DNA of 64,000 bases from Deltaproteobacteria bacterium (lineage in GTDB: Bacteria > Myxococcota_A > Polyangia > Polyangiales > Houyiibacteriaceae): the NCBI GenBank assembly GCA_017644045.1, contig JAEPMI010000004.1, positions 142,014-206,013 on the forward strand. The letters are read 5' to 3'. This document shows positions 27,188 through 35,431 of the stretch, piece after piece; positions within the stretch are counted from its first letter, which is position 1; every line of letters begins with the position of its first letter. The position numbers were made by a program, and so were the translations under genes. The notes under the pieces are model-generated. The model worked only from the letters and a program-made list of their open reading frames with translations, ran no database searches and was not told the origin of the DNA.

Positions 27188-27655
27188 TCAGCCGGGGGTC
27201 CAGCTCGGCGGATCGCTCGCCGGGAAGGACTCGAGCCCCGCCTCGTGGACCACGTCGATGGCGCGGCCGGCGCACATGTCCGGGACGTCCACGTTCTCGA
27301 AGAGTGGCGCCAGGTCGACGAAGACCTGAACGCTCGCTCCCAGCGCGCCGCGGAGGCGCCACGCCGTGAACGTGGGTACGTGGAGCACGGCGCCGTCACC
27401 CAGCCGCGTGACCCGAAGGTTCGCTTGGAAGCCGAGGAAATCCCCGTCCTCCCATACCCGCACCGGGTAGTGCTGGAGGTTCCCCATCTTCTGGAGCAGC
27501 TCACCGTACCCGTCGCGAGCCGCGTGCTTGCCGTGCAACGGGTGCGCGTTGCCGAAGCGGACGCGGACGTCGTCGGTGAGCCTCTCCAAGAACCCCTCCA
27601 GGTCCTTCGCGTCGAGGCAGGCGTAGGTGTCCTTCAACCAATCGATCGCATTCAT
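27188..27655 (-). CDS. NTF2/SnoaL-like fold protein
   Basis: 155 aa. MNAIDWLKDTYACLDAKDLEGFLERLTDDVRVRFGN is typical of SnoaL-like proteins. The C-terminal tail is ESFPASDPPSWTP. Confidence 0.65.
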   Translation of the reverse strand: MNAIDWLKDTYACLDAKDLEGFLERLTDDVRVRFGNAHPLHGKHAARDGYGELLQKMGNLQHYPVRVWEDGDFLGFQANLRVTRLGDGAVLHVPTFTAWRLRGALGASVQVFVDLAPLFENVDVPDMCAGRAIDVVHEAGLESFPASDPPSWTPG

Positions 27656-27680
27656 GTGACCTCCATAGGGCGTCGAGCGC

Positions 27681-28949
27681 TCAGCGGTAGAGGGTCCAGA
27701 GAAACGCGCCCACCGAGAAGGCCAGGAGCGCCCCGCCGAGGGCGAAGGGAACGGCGGCCATCGCGAGGCCGCTCGCGAGGCCGACGATGCCCCCGATGCC
27801 GAGCGCCACGCCGACGAAGCTGAGCAGCACCCATCGCATCAACCCGCCCGCGCCGAGCCGCGCGTCCACACCCGCGGGCACGGGCTCGCCCGGTCGCAGA
27901 AACGTCAGCTCCCCGCTGGTCTGCTCCGGCGGTGGCGGATCGCCCGCGGGCGGCAGCGGCTCCACCTGCGCACCGAGGGTCTTCAAGCGAACGTCCTTGG
28001 CCACGTCCGGGAGGCCCGCGATGTCGAGGTGCAGCTTCAGGTCGTAGGTCAGCCCGGACCCGGCCGAAGGCGGCCCGTTCGGTGGCAGGCGAAAGCCGGT
28101 GCGCCACTCGAACACGGGTCCATTCTTCGCTCGCCGGCGACCACCACCTCGGTAGGCACCGCCGCCGAGGTTCTGCTCCTCCGCGCCGATCGCGATGATG
28201 CGGTCCACGAGGATCGTCTGGCTCTCGGTGTGGAACACCTTGCGGTGACTTCGGCGGCTGTCGCCCGAGCCCGTGGTCCAGCGCTCGCTTCCGGAGAAGG
28301 TCAGGTCGAGCTTCTCGAGCTGGAAGGGCCGGCGCCCGTGGAAGCGAACGACGACCGGGACCCACTCGCCGTGCGCCACGCGGCGTTCGGGGACCACGAC
28401 CTGCACGTCCCGCACGCGGGTGCGCGTGACCGCCGAGCGCGCCCACAAGATCAGAGCGATGGGCAGGAGTGGGAACATGGCCAACGCGACCGCCCCGATG
28501 AGGAGCCAGAGGATCGCGCTCGCGATCGGCCCGGTCTCCACCTTCGTCACCGCGGCCTCCGCCGCCGCGGAGAGCTGGCCGAGCATGCGCTCGTCTGGCG
28601 GCACCTTTCGCGGGCGCACCACGAAGTCGGTCTCCACCTTCGGGTCGATGCGCCACGCGATGTCGGCCGACGCCTTCACCTTCCAGGTGACGGAGACGTT
28701 CGGCATGTCCCAGCTGTAGGGGCCCTCGGTGAGCGTGAGCTCGAACGGGATCACCTGACCCCGATGCACGGCCCCATACACGAGTCGCTCTTTGACCAAC
28801 ACGTGCGGGGAGTGCCGGACCGTGTAGACCAACTCGACATCGAGCCCCTCGGCGGCCGAGAGGTCTTGCTCGACGCGAACCTCGCCGCGTACGACGTCAC
28901 CGACCCGCAGCTCCTTCGACTCGAGGCTGAGGGTGAGCGGCGCGGCCAT
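27681..28949 (-). CDS. hypothetical multi-pass membrane protein with two arrestin/Spo0M-like beta-sandwich segments
   Basis: ORF 27681..28949. Two soluble segments have the pattern G..V.G.V.V....L.V.L. They are separated by two TM helices (ILWLLIGAVALAMFPLLPIALILW), and several Gly/Ala-rich TM helices follow at the C-terminus. Confidence 0.7.
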   Translation of the reverse strand: MAAPLTLSLESKELRVGDVVRGEVRVEQDLSAAEGLDVELVYTVRHSPHVLVKERLVYGAVHRGQVIPFELTLTEGPYSWDMPNVSVTWKVKASADIAWRIDPKVETDFVVRPRKVPPDERMLGQLSAAAEAAVTKVETGPIASAILWLLIGAVALAMFPLLPIALILWARSAVTRTRVRDVQVVVPERRVAHGEWVPVVVRFHGRRPFQLEKLDLTFSGSERWTTGSGDSRRSHRKVFHTESQTILVDRIIAIGAEEQNLGGGAYRGGGRRRAKNGPVFEWRTGFRLPPNGPPSAGSGLTYDLKLHLDIAGLPDVAKDVRLKTLGAQVEPLPPAGDPPPPEQTSGELTFLRPGEPVPAGVDARLGAGGLMRWVLLSFVGVALGIGGIVGLASGLAMAAVPFALGGALLAFSVGAFLWTLYR

Positions 28950-28964
28950 GACGAGGAGAGTAGC

Positions 28965-30224
28965 TCAGGGCGTCATGCGGTCCTGAAGCTCTTCTTCCAT
29001 TCGCGCGAGGATCGCCTCGAACGCCTCGCGCCCCGCCGTCATCCCGAGGCGGGCGCGCACGTAGGCGTCGCCGTTGGTGACCACGATGAGCGCCGCGTTG
29101 CTGCCGGGGAGCATCAGGAAGTTCGCGCTCCCGCCGATGCCGGCGCCACTGTGGCCGACGTAGGTGTTCCCGTTGACCACGTCGTAGCGGAGCACCAGCC
29201 CCTGCCGCGCGCTCAGGTCCGGGACCTGCTGGCGGAGCATCGTCTGCACCGTCTCCTCCGCGAGGAAGCGTTGACCGTCGAGCTCGCCGAGGTTGAGCCA
29301 GGCCTGCGCATAGCGAAGCAGGTCACGGATGCTGCTGCGCAGCCCACCCGCGGGGTAGTGCGCGTAGTTCACCTGCTCGAGCGGGACGAACGAGTCGCGG
29401 GGGGTGTTGTAGGTATAGAGCACCGCGAGCTTCGACTCGTCGATGTCCTGGAAGTGCCAGCCGGTGTCCTGCAGGGCGAGCGGCTCGAAGATCATCCGTT
29501 CGCTGAGCGCACGGAAGTCCTCGCCCCAGCCGAGCTCCGCCAGGTGCGCGGCGACCGCGAACGCCGCATTGCAGTACTCCCAGTCGGTGCCCGGCTCCGG
29601 TCCGAAGTTCGACCCTTGGTAGTACTCGCCTCCCGGTTGCGCGTACCCGCGCGCGAAGTCGCCGAGGTCGATCGGCGGGTCGCCGGAGTAGGTGGTCTCA
29701 CCGAGGGTGATCCAGGCATCCACCATGCCGCTCGTGTGCGTGAGCAGCCGGCGCGTCGTGATGTCGTCGTCGGGGAAGCCCGGATGCGCGATCGGGAAGT
29801 CGAAGGCCTCACCGGTGGGGACGTCGAGGTCGAGCATGCCCTCCTCGACCAGACGCATCACCGGGACGGCGGTGAAGAGCTTGGAGACGGACGCGACGAC
29901 GAAGAGCGTGTCGTCCGCCACCGGCCGCTCGTTCTCCACGTCCGCGTAGCCCCAGGTCCCGACGAAGGCGATCTCGCCATCGACCACGAGCCCCGCCGCG
30001 ACCCCCGGCAGCCCGCCCGCGTCCATCTGCCACTCGACGAACCCGTCCAGATCCTCCGGTGGCCGCGCGTCGATGGCCGGCGCCGCGTCGACGGGACCCG
30101 CGTCGCGATCGAAGGACCCGTCGGCCCCATCGACCGCGAGCTCGTCACAGCCGGCGACGGCCCCACACAGGAAGGCCGCCCCGAAGGCGACCCGACACCA
30201 CCCGAGGACCCGACACACACCCAC
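28965..30224 (-). CDS. serine hydrolase (beta-lactamase / PBP4-like family) lipoprotein
   Basis: SxxK (SVSK), YxN (YCN) and HxG (HSG) motifs. Lipobox AVAGC. GTG start. Confidence 0.88.
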   Translation of the reverse strand: MGVCRVLGWCRVAFGAAFLCGAVAGCDELAVDGADGSFDRDAGPVDAAPAIDARPPEDLDGFVEWQMDAGGLPGVAAGLVVDGEIAFVGTWGYADVENERPVADDTLFVVASVSKLFTAVPVMRLVEEGMLDLDVPTGEAFDFPIAHPGFPDDDITTRRLLTHTSGMVDAWITLGETTYSGDPPIDLGDFARGYAQPGGEYYQGSNFGPEPGTDWEYCNAAFAVAAHLAELGWGEDFRALSERMIFEPLALQDTGWHFQDIDESKLAVLYTYNTPRDSFVPLEQVNYAHYPAGGLRSSIRDLLRYAQAWLNLGELDGQRFLAEETVQTMLRQQVPDLSARQGLVLRYDVVNGNTYVGHSGAGIGGSANFLMLPGSNAALIVVTNGDAYVRARLGMTAGREAFEAILARMEEELQDRMTP

Positions 30225-30301
30225 GGAGTGCCAGAGCCGCCCGATGACGGCAAGGCTCGCCGTGAGTTGCGACCCTCTCCGCCGTCGTCGAGACTTCCGC
30301 C

Positions 30302-31129
30302 ATGGCGCGACCCATCGGCTGGCTCCTGGTGCTCGCCGCCCTCTCCGGCTGCACCGGTGGGCCGCGGCACGAAGCGCCGTGTGGCTTCACCAACCCCGCC
30401 CTGGAAGAGGACGCCGACGGTGATGGTCTGATCCGCGCCTACGAGGGCATCGACTCGGACCAGGACGGCGACGGGCTGGTGAACGACCTGGACACCGACG
30501 CCGACGGTGACGGTTACCCGGACGCCGACGAGATCGGCATGCGCATCGATCGCTGCTATCCGCCGGTGGACACCGACCGCGATGGCCTCCCCGACTTCCT
30601 CGACACGGACTCGGACGGCGACGGGCTGCTGGACGGGGAAGAAGGTGCGATGGGCCTGGACCCGGTCGACCCGGACAGCGACGCCGATGGCTGCCCCGAC
30701 GGCGCAGAGGACCTGCTCGACGGTTGCGCGGACCTCCGGGATCTCGCGCTGCGAATGGTCTGTGGCGACCGCTTCGGGACGGTCATCTTCCCCTGGGAGG
30801 GACCAGCGCTCTCGACCGCGACGCTGCGAGCGGTGATGGACGAGGACGACGACCCGAGCACCTTCTTCTCGTTCGCGACCTTCGCCGACGCCGCGTTCCC
30901 GGCCGGCTCGGCCACGCTGGTGAGCGAGCTCGACGATGGCTCGGATGCGACGTTCGTCGACATCGCGTCGGGGGCCTCGCTGGTCTTCGCCGTCGAGGTG
31001 CTGACGGTGCAGACGGAGGGGCCGCGCACGCTCGGTCGGCTGGAGCTCCTCGGTCCCGGCGGCGAGGTCCTCGACACCGGTCGGCTCCTGATCCTCGGCG
31101 AGCGCAGCTGCGCCGTGCGTCGCCCATGA
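30302..31129 (+). CDS. thrombospondin type-3 repeat (Ca-binding) lipoprotein, paralog A
   Basis: Lipobox ALSGC. Repeated DxDxDGxxDxxD units (DSDQDGDGLVNDLDTDADGDGYPDADE, DTDRDGLPDFLDTDSDGDGLLDGEE). Confidence 0.85.
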   Translation: MARPIGWLLVLAALSGCTGGPRHEAPCGFTNPALEEDADGDGLIRAYEGIDSDQDGDGLVNDLDTDADGDGYPDADEIGMRIDRCYPPVDTDRDGLPDFLDTDSDGDGLLDGEEGAMGLDPVDPDSDADGCPDGAEDLLDGCADLRDLALRMVCGDRFGTVIFPWEGPALSTATLRAVMDEDDDPSTFFSFATFADAAFPAGSATLVSELDDGSDATFVDIASGASLVFAVEVLTVQTEGPRTLGRLELLGPGGEVLDTGRLLILGERSCAVRRP

Positions 31130-31545
31130 ACGAACCCGATGGGGTGCCGAGCCGCCCGCCCCTCGCCATCCTGCTCGCGCTCTGCGGCGCGCTCGCGCTC
31201 GGTCCACTGATGCTCCCCGACGGCGTCGGCGGCTTTCGAATGTTCACCTCGCCGGTCGAGTACCGGCTCGACCTGGCCGTCGAAGGTGAGCGCGGCTTCC
31301 CCCGCCGAATCCCGCTTCGCACGCTCGAGCCGCATCTCGGGCGCGACGCCCGGCGGGTGATCGGCGCCGCGGGCGATTGGAACCTCGGCGAGACGAACGC
31401 CGCCCTCCTCCGCAGCGCGCTCGACGACGTCGGCACCTTGCTGTGCGACGTGACCGACGCTCGCACCGTACGCCTGGTCCTCTCTCGCCGACGGGTCGGA
31501 GGGACGCCCCTGGACCGCACCGACCACGCGGTGACCTGCCGATGA
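31126..31545 (+). CDS. small membrane-anchored hypothetical protein
   Basis: Internal Met MNEPDGVPSRPPLAILLALCGALALGPLML of ORF 30724..31545. Its ATG overlaps the upstream stop (ATGA 31126-31129). Confidence 0.6.
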   Translation: MNEPDGVPSRPPLAILLALCGALALGPLMLPDGVGGFRMFTSPVEYRLDLAVEGERGFPRRIPLRTLEPHLGRDARRVIGAAGDWNLGETNAALLRSALDDVGTLLCDVTDARTVRLVLSRRRVGGTPLDRTDHAVTCR

Positions 31546-32465
31546 CGACCGCCCGCACGTGGCTCGAGTCCCTCTTCGGCGGCTGGGTCCAGCCCTGGCC
31601 CTTCGCGCTCCTGAGGGTCGGCCTCGCGGCGCTGGTGCTGCTCCGGACCACGGTCGTCGACTGGCTGCCGATGGACCACCACGCTTGGGTCGGCGGGCTC
31701 GAGTACCACCCAGCGACCGACGCCGCCGAAGCGCCCACGCTCCACTCGCCGCTCTGGCCCTTCCTGCCACCGCTCGGTCCGGGGCTCACGGCAGGGCTGG
31801 TGTGGGCCCGGACCGGTCTGGCCGCCCTGCTCCTCGTGGGCATCCGGCCGCGCGTCGTGGCCGCGCTGCTCGCCCTGGTCGGCTACGGCCTGATGGCCGC
31901 GGACCGCACGCGCTACCTCCACCACCTGCACCTGCTCTGGCTGAGCGTGGGCCTCCTCGCGTTGACCCCGTGTGGGGAACGCCTCGCGCCCTTTCGACGG
32001 GTGCCCTTCCTCGGAAGCGGCGAGCCGCTCGCGGAGTGGGTCCCCCGATGGTCGCTCCAGGTCCTCCGGTTCCATCTGCTGGTGGTCTACACCGCCGCTG
32101 GGGTCGCCAAGCTCGACCCACGCTGGCTCTCGGGCGAGACCCTCCTCGAGCTCCACCGAGCAGAGCTGCTGACCGGCCCACTCGTCGCTAGCGTCATCGA
32201 ATCACTCGGGGCGGCGACGCTCGCCATCGCCATCGCCGCGACCGAGCTCGCCCTACCGCTCTTGCTGGTGTTTCGCCGTTCTCGCTGGATCGGCATCGCC
32301 ATCGGTGTGCTCTTCCATCTGTCGGTCGAAACCTCGATCATGGTCTCGACCTTCGGCGCCACGATGATCCTCCTCCTGCTCGTCTTCTCACCTGGATGGG
32401 TGAAAGTACCGCCAATGAGCGACGACACCGACATCGACTCCGAGCCCGCGGCTCGCGCGGACTGA
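31542..32465 (+). CDS. HTTM domain membrane protein (vitamin K-dependent gamma-carboxylase-related family)
   Basis: Internal Met MTTARTWLESLFGGW of ORF 31377..32465. Its ATG overlaps the upstream stop (ATGA 31542-31545). Polytopic, with the HTTM-like block RWSLQVLRFHLLVVYTAAGVAKLDPRWLSGETL. Confidence 0.7.
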   Translation: MTTARTWLESLFGGWVQPWPFALLRVGLAALVLLRTTVVDWLPMDHHAWVGGLEYHPATDAAEAPTLHSPLWPFLPPLGPGLTAGLVWARTGLAALLLVGIRPRVVAALLALVGYGLMAADRTRYLHHLHLLWLSVGLLALTPCGERLAPFRRVPFLGSGEPLAEWVPRWSLQVLRFHLLVVYTAAGVAKLDPRWLSGETLLELHRAELLTGPLVASVIESLGAATLAIAIAATELALPLLLVFRRSRWIGIAIGVLFHLSVETSIMVSTFGATMILLLLVFSPGWVKVPPMSDDTDIDSEPAARAD

Positions 32466-32599
32466 AGCGTCGTGGCTCAACCTGGCACTCGCCAACACGA
32501 CAATCTCACTTTCTCGATGGGTGTTTGGAAAGTCCCACCCGAAAGAGCGACAGCCACTCGACCGTGCTAAGTCGATGCACGAAGCGCAGGGGTGAGACG

Positions 32600-34435
32600 A
32601 TGAAGACGTTCGCGATCGTGATGGGTGTGATGCTGGCTCTGACCGGCTGCAATGAATCGGGTCCCGGCTCGGACGACACCCTCTTCCCGCCCGACGGTGG
32701 CCCCGACCCCCGCACGACCCGGGACCTCGGCCCGAACCCCACGCCGGCCTACCCCTCCACGCCCGAGTACGTGCAGCACCCGACCTCGGTCGGCGCGGCC
32801 TCGGTGCTTCGGACCGCCGCGGGTGACGCGGCCGTGGTCACGGACCCCTACCGCGACCGCATCTACGTCACCACCCCCGGCCTCGGTGACGAGGTCGCCG
32901 TCATCGACCTCGCGGCCGGCGACGAGCCGGGTGCGCTGGTGGAGGACGCCGCCGGCCGAGTGCACGTCGCGCTCCGACGCGGTGGCGCCCTCGTCACGCT
33001 GGCGGCCGACCTCCGTTCGGTCGCCGAGCGGCGCCCGGTGTGCCCTGCACCCCGCGGCGTCGCGCACGACCCCGCGTCCGACCAGATCCTCGTCGCGTGC
33101 AGCGGCGGTGACCTCGTCCGCTTCCCGGCCGAGGGCGGCGCCGAGGTCGACCGGGTCTTCGTCGACGGCGACCTCCGCGACGTCATCGTCACCGAGAGCG
33201 CGACCTACGTGACCCGCTTCCGGAGCGCGGAGCTGATCACCCTCGACGACGCGGGCGCGATCGTCGAGCGCCGTGCGCCGCTCAGCGCCACCGTCAACGC
33301 ACGACCCGCGCCCACCAGCATCCTCCCGAACGTGGCTTGGAAGACCCTCGCGCTGCCCGGCGGTGACCTGGTGATGCTCCACCAGCGATCGGTGTCGAGC
33401 CCCATCGACGTCGACCCGAGGACGGGCGGCGGCTACTCGGGTGAGAGCATCGCGCCGGGCTGCGCCACCAGCGTGGTCCAGACCTCGCTCACCCGCTTCC
33501 CGCCCACGGGCATCGCAGAGCTGAGACCCGGGCCCGTCCTCCAGGGCGTGGCTCTCGCGGTGGACATGGCGCTCCTCGAGGACGACCGTCTCGTGATCGC
33601 GACCGGTGGCTCCGGTGCCGAGACCACCCACGTGTTCCCGCTGAGCGCGGCGACCAGCTCGAGCCCGACCGACTGCCTCGACCCGCTCGCTCGAGTTCCG
33701 GGCGGCGAAGCGGTCGCGGCGGACGGCGCCGAGGTCCTCATCTACCAGCGCGAGCCCGGCATGCTCAGCCGGTGGGACGCGAGCCCCTTCCAGAACATGC
33801 CCCGCATGTGGCTCGACCAGGAGCGGAGCATCGTGGACCTCGGTCACCTGAAGTTCCACGAGGTCACGGGCGTGGGGATCGCGTGCGCGTCCTGCCACCC
33901 AGAGGGCAGCGAGGACGGTCACACCTGGGAGTTCCAGGGCACCGATCCTCGGCGCACTCAGAGCCTCCTCGGCGGCATCCTCTCCACGGTGCCCTTCCAC
34001 TGGAGCGGTGACCAAGCCGACCTCCGCGCGATCATGACCGCGACCTTCGAGGAGCGGATGCGTGGTGGCCCGGTCTCCGACGGCGAGCTGCGCCTGCTCG
34101 GCGACTGGATGGACGCCCAGCCGTCCATCCCCGCACCGGAGACCGATCCCTCGCGGATCGAGGCCGGTCACGAGGCGTTCGTCGCCGCCGGCTGCGCGGA
34201 CTGCCACTCCGGCGACCAGGGCACCAACAACGAGTCGGTCGAGCTCGAGGGCTTCGGCGCCATTCAGGTCCCGATGCTCGTCGGCGTCTCCCACCGGAGC
34301 CCCTGGCTCCACGATGGCTGCGCCCAGAGTCTCGAGGAGACCTTCGACGGCGCGTGCATCCCCGAGCACGCCCCCGCGTCCCCGCTCGAAGAGGGCGAGT
34401 CGCAAGCCATCGTCGACTACCTGCGGTCGCTCTGA
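32600..34435 (+). CDS. lipoprotein with a beta-propeller-like N-terminal region and a di-haem cytochrome c peroxidase/MauG-like C-terminal domain
   Basis: Internal Met MKTFAIVMGVMLALTGC (lipobox) of ORF 32396..34435. Two CxxCH haem motifs (CASCH, CADCH), with FHWSGD and SPWLHDG blocks typical of the CCP/MauG family. Confidence 0.8.
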   Translation: MKTFAIVMGVMLALTGCNESGPGSDDTLFPPDGGPDPRTTRDLGPNPTPAYPSTPEYVQHPTSVGAASVLRTAAGDAAVVTDPYRDRIYVTTPGLGDEVAVIDLAAGDEPGALVEDAAGRVHVALRRGGALVTLAADLRSVAERRPVCPAPRGVAHDPASDQILVACSGGDLVRFPAEGGAEVDRVFVDGDLRDVIVTESATYVTRFRSAELITLDDAGAIVERRAPLSATVNARPAPTSILPNVAWKTLALPGGDLVMLHQRSVSSPIDVDPRTGGGYSGESIAPGCATSVVQTSLTRFPPTGIAELRPGPVLQGVALAVDMALLEDDRLVIATGGSGAETTHVFPLSAATSSSPTDCLDPLARVPGGEAVAADGAEVLIYQREPGMLSRWDASPFQNMPRMWLDQERSIVDLGHLKFHEVTGVGIACASCHPEGSEDGHTWEFQGTDPRRTQSLLGGILSTVPFHWSGDQADLRAIMTATFEERMRGGPVSDGELRLLGDWMDAQPSIPAPETDPSRIEAGHEAFVAAGCADCHSGDQGTNNESVELEGFGAIQVPMLVGVSHRSPWLHDGCAQSLEETFDGACIPEHAPASPLEEGESQAIVDYLRSL

Positions 34436-34437
34436 TC

Positions 34438-35253
34438 GTGCGGCTCGTGGTCGTCGCCTGTCTCGCCGCCACATGGGCGAGCTGTGGTGGTGACTCCGAT
34501 GGGCTCGGCGACGCCGCCGCGGACGCAGCGCCCGATGCCCCACTCGAGCGGGACATGGGCGACCCGTGCACCGACCGGGACGGAGACGGGATCCCCGATC
34601 GCTTCGAGGGGACCAGCGACGACGATGAGGACGGAATCCCGAACGACGAGGATCGCGACTCGGACGGCGACGGCATCCTCGACGAAGTCGAGGCGGGTGA
34701 GCTCGCCGACTGCGACTTCCCTCCGCAGGACACCGACTTCGACGGGTGGCCCGACTACCTGGACGACGACTCCGATGGCGACGGGCTGCCCGACGCCGAC
34801 GAACGCGAGCGCGGTTTCGACCCCACGCACGGCGACACGGACCGCGACGGATGCCCGGACCCCGCCGAGCTCTTCGACGGCGCGTGTGACGATCCGCGCA
34901 ACGCGTTCGTGCTGGTCGAGTGCGGCGTGCCCACCGGCGGCACGGCCACGTTCGTCTGGGAGGGCGACGAGCCCCTGCCGAGGGCGAGACTCACGGTGAC
35001 GCTGGATTCCCCGGAGGCCGGGGCCGGTATGGGGGCGCCTCAGGCGGTGACCCCCGCCGGAGCGGCCAGCATCGCGGACTTCGAGTTCAACGACGTTCAG
35101 CCTGGAGCCCAGCTGACCTTTGGCATCGCGCTCCGCATCTCGGAGCCGATGGCGACCGGTACGCTCGAGCTCGAGGATGGCGCGGGCCTCACGATCGACA
35201 CCGGCCGGCTCTACGTCTTCAGCCACGACAACTGCATGCCCCTGGTGATCTGA
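34438..35253 (+). CDS. thrombospondin type-3 repeat (Ca-binding) lipoprotein, paralog B
   Basis: Part of ORF 34354..35253. GTG 34438 lies 2 nt after the upstream stop and gives VRLVVVACLAATWASC (lipobox). DxDxDG repeats. The C-terminal end resembles gene 30302..31129. Confidence 0.8.
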   Translation: MRLVVVACLAATWASCGGDSDGLGDAAADAAPDAPLERDMGDPCTDRDGDGIPDRFEGTSDDDEDGIPNDEDRDSDGDGILDEVEAGELADCDFPPQDTDFDGWPDYLDDDSDGDGLPDADERERGFDPTHGDTDRDGCPDPAELFDGACDDPRNAFVLVECGVPTGGTATFVWEGDEPLPRARLTVTLDSPEAGAGMGAPQAVTPAGAASIADFEFNDVQPGAQLTFGIALRISEPMATGTLELEDGAGLTIDTGRLYVFSHDNCMPLVI

Positions 35254-35268
35254 ACCAGAACTCTGGTT

Positions 35269-35431
35269 TAGACCGCTCACGGCTTGAAATGGTCCGATGA
35301 TCGGGGTGCTGTGCGGCCGCGGGTCGGTTTCGGCACGACGAGTCGATGCCGAGCATCGGCGAGGAGGGACGGGGCCGACCTGTGGTCGCACAGCCCGCGA
35401 GGGCGGATCAGAGCAAGTCGTGAGCGGTCTA
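35269..35431 (+). other. long nested inverted repeat: candidate structured RNA / 3'UTR element or bidirectional terminator
   Basis: Outer arms 35269-35286 / 35414-35431. Inner arms 35308-35332 / 35370-35394. Apical hairpin 35342-35360. Every non-Watson-Crick position is G opposite T on the plus strand. Confidence 0.55.

Noticed and set aside
32483-32497. TGGCAC upstream of the di-haem lipoprotein gene, considered as a sigma-54 -24 element.
   Set aside because: The expected -12 element (TTGC/TGCA five nt downstream) is absent; the sequence there is AACA. A single hexamer match is not meaningful.
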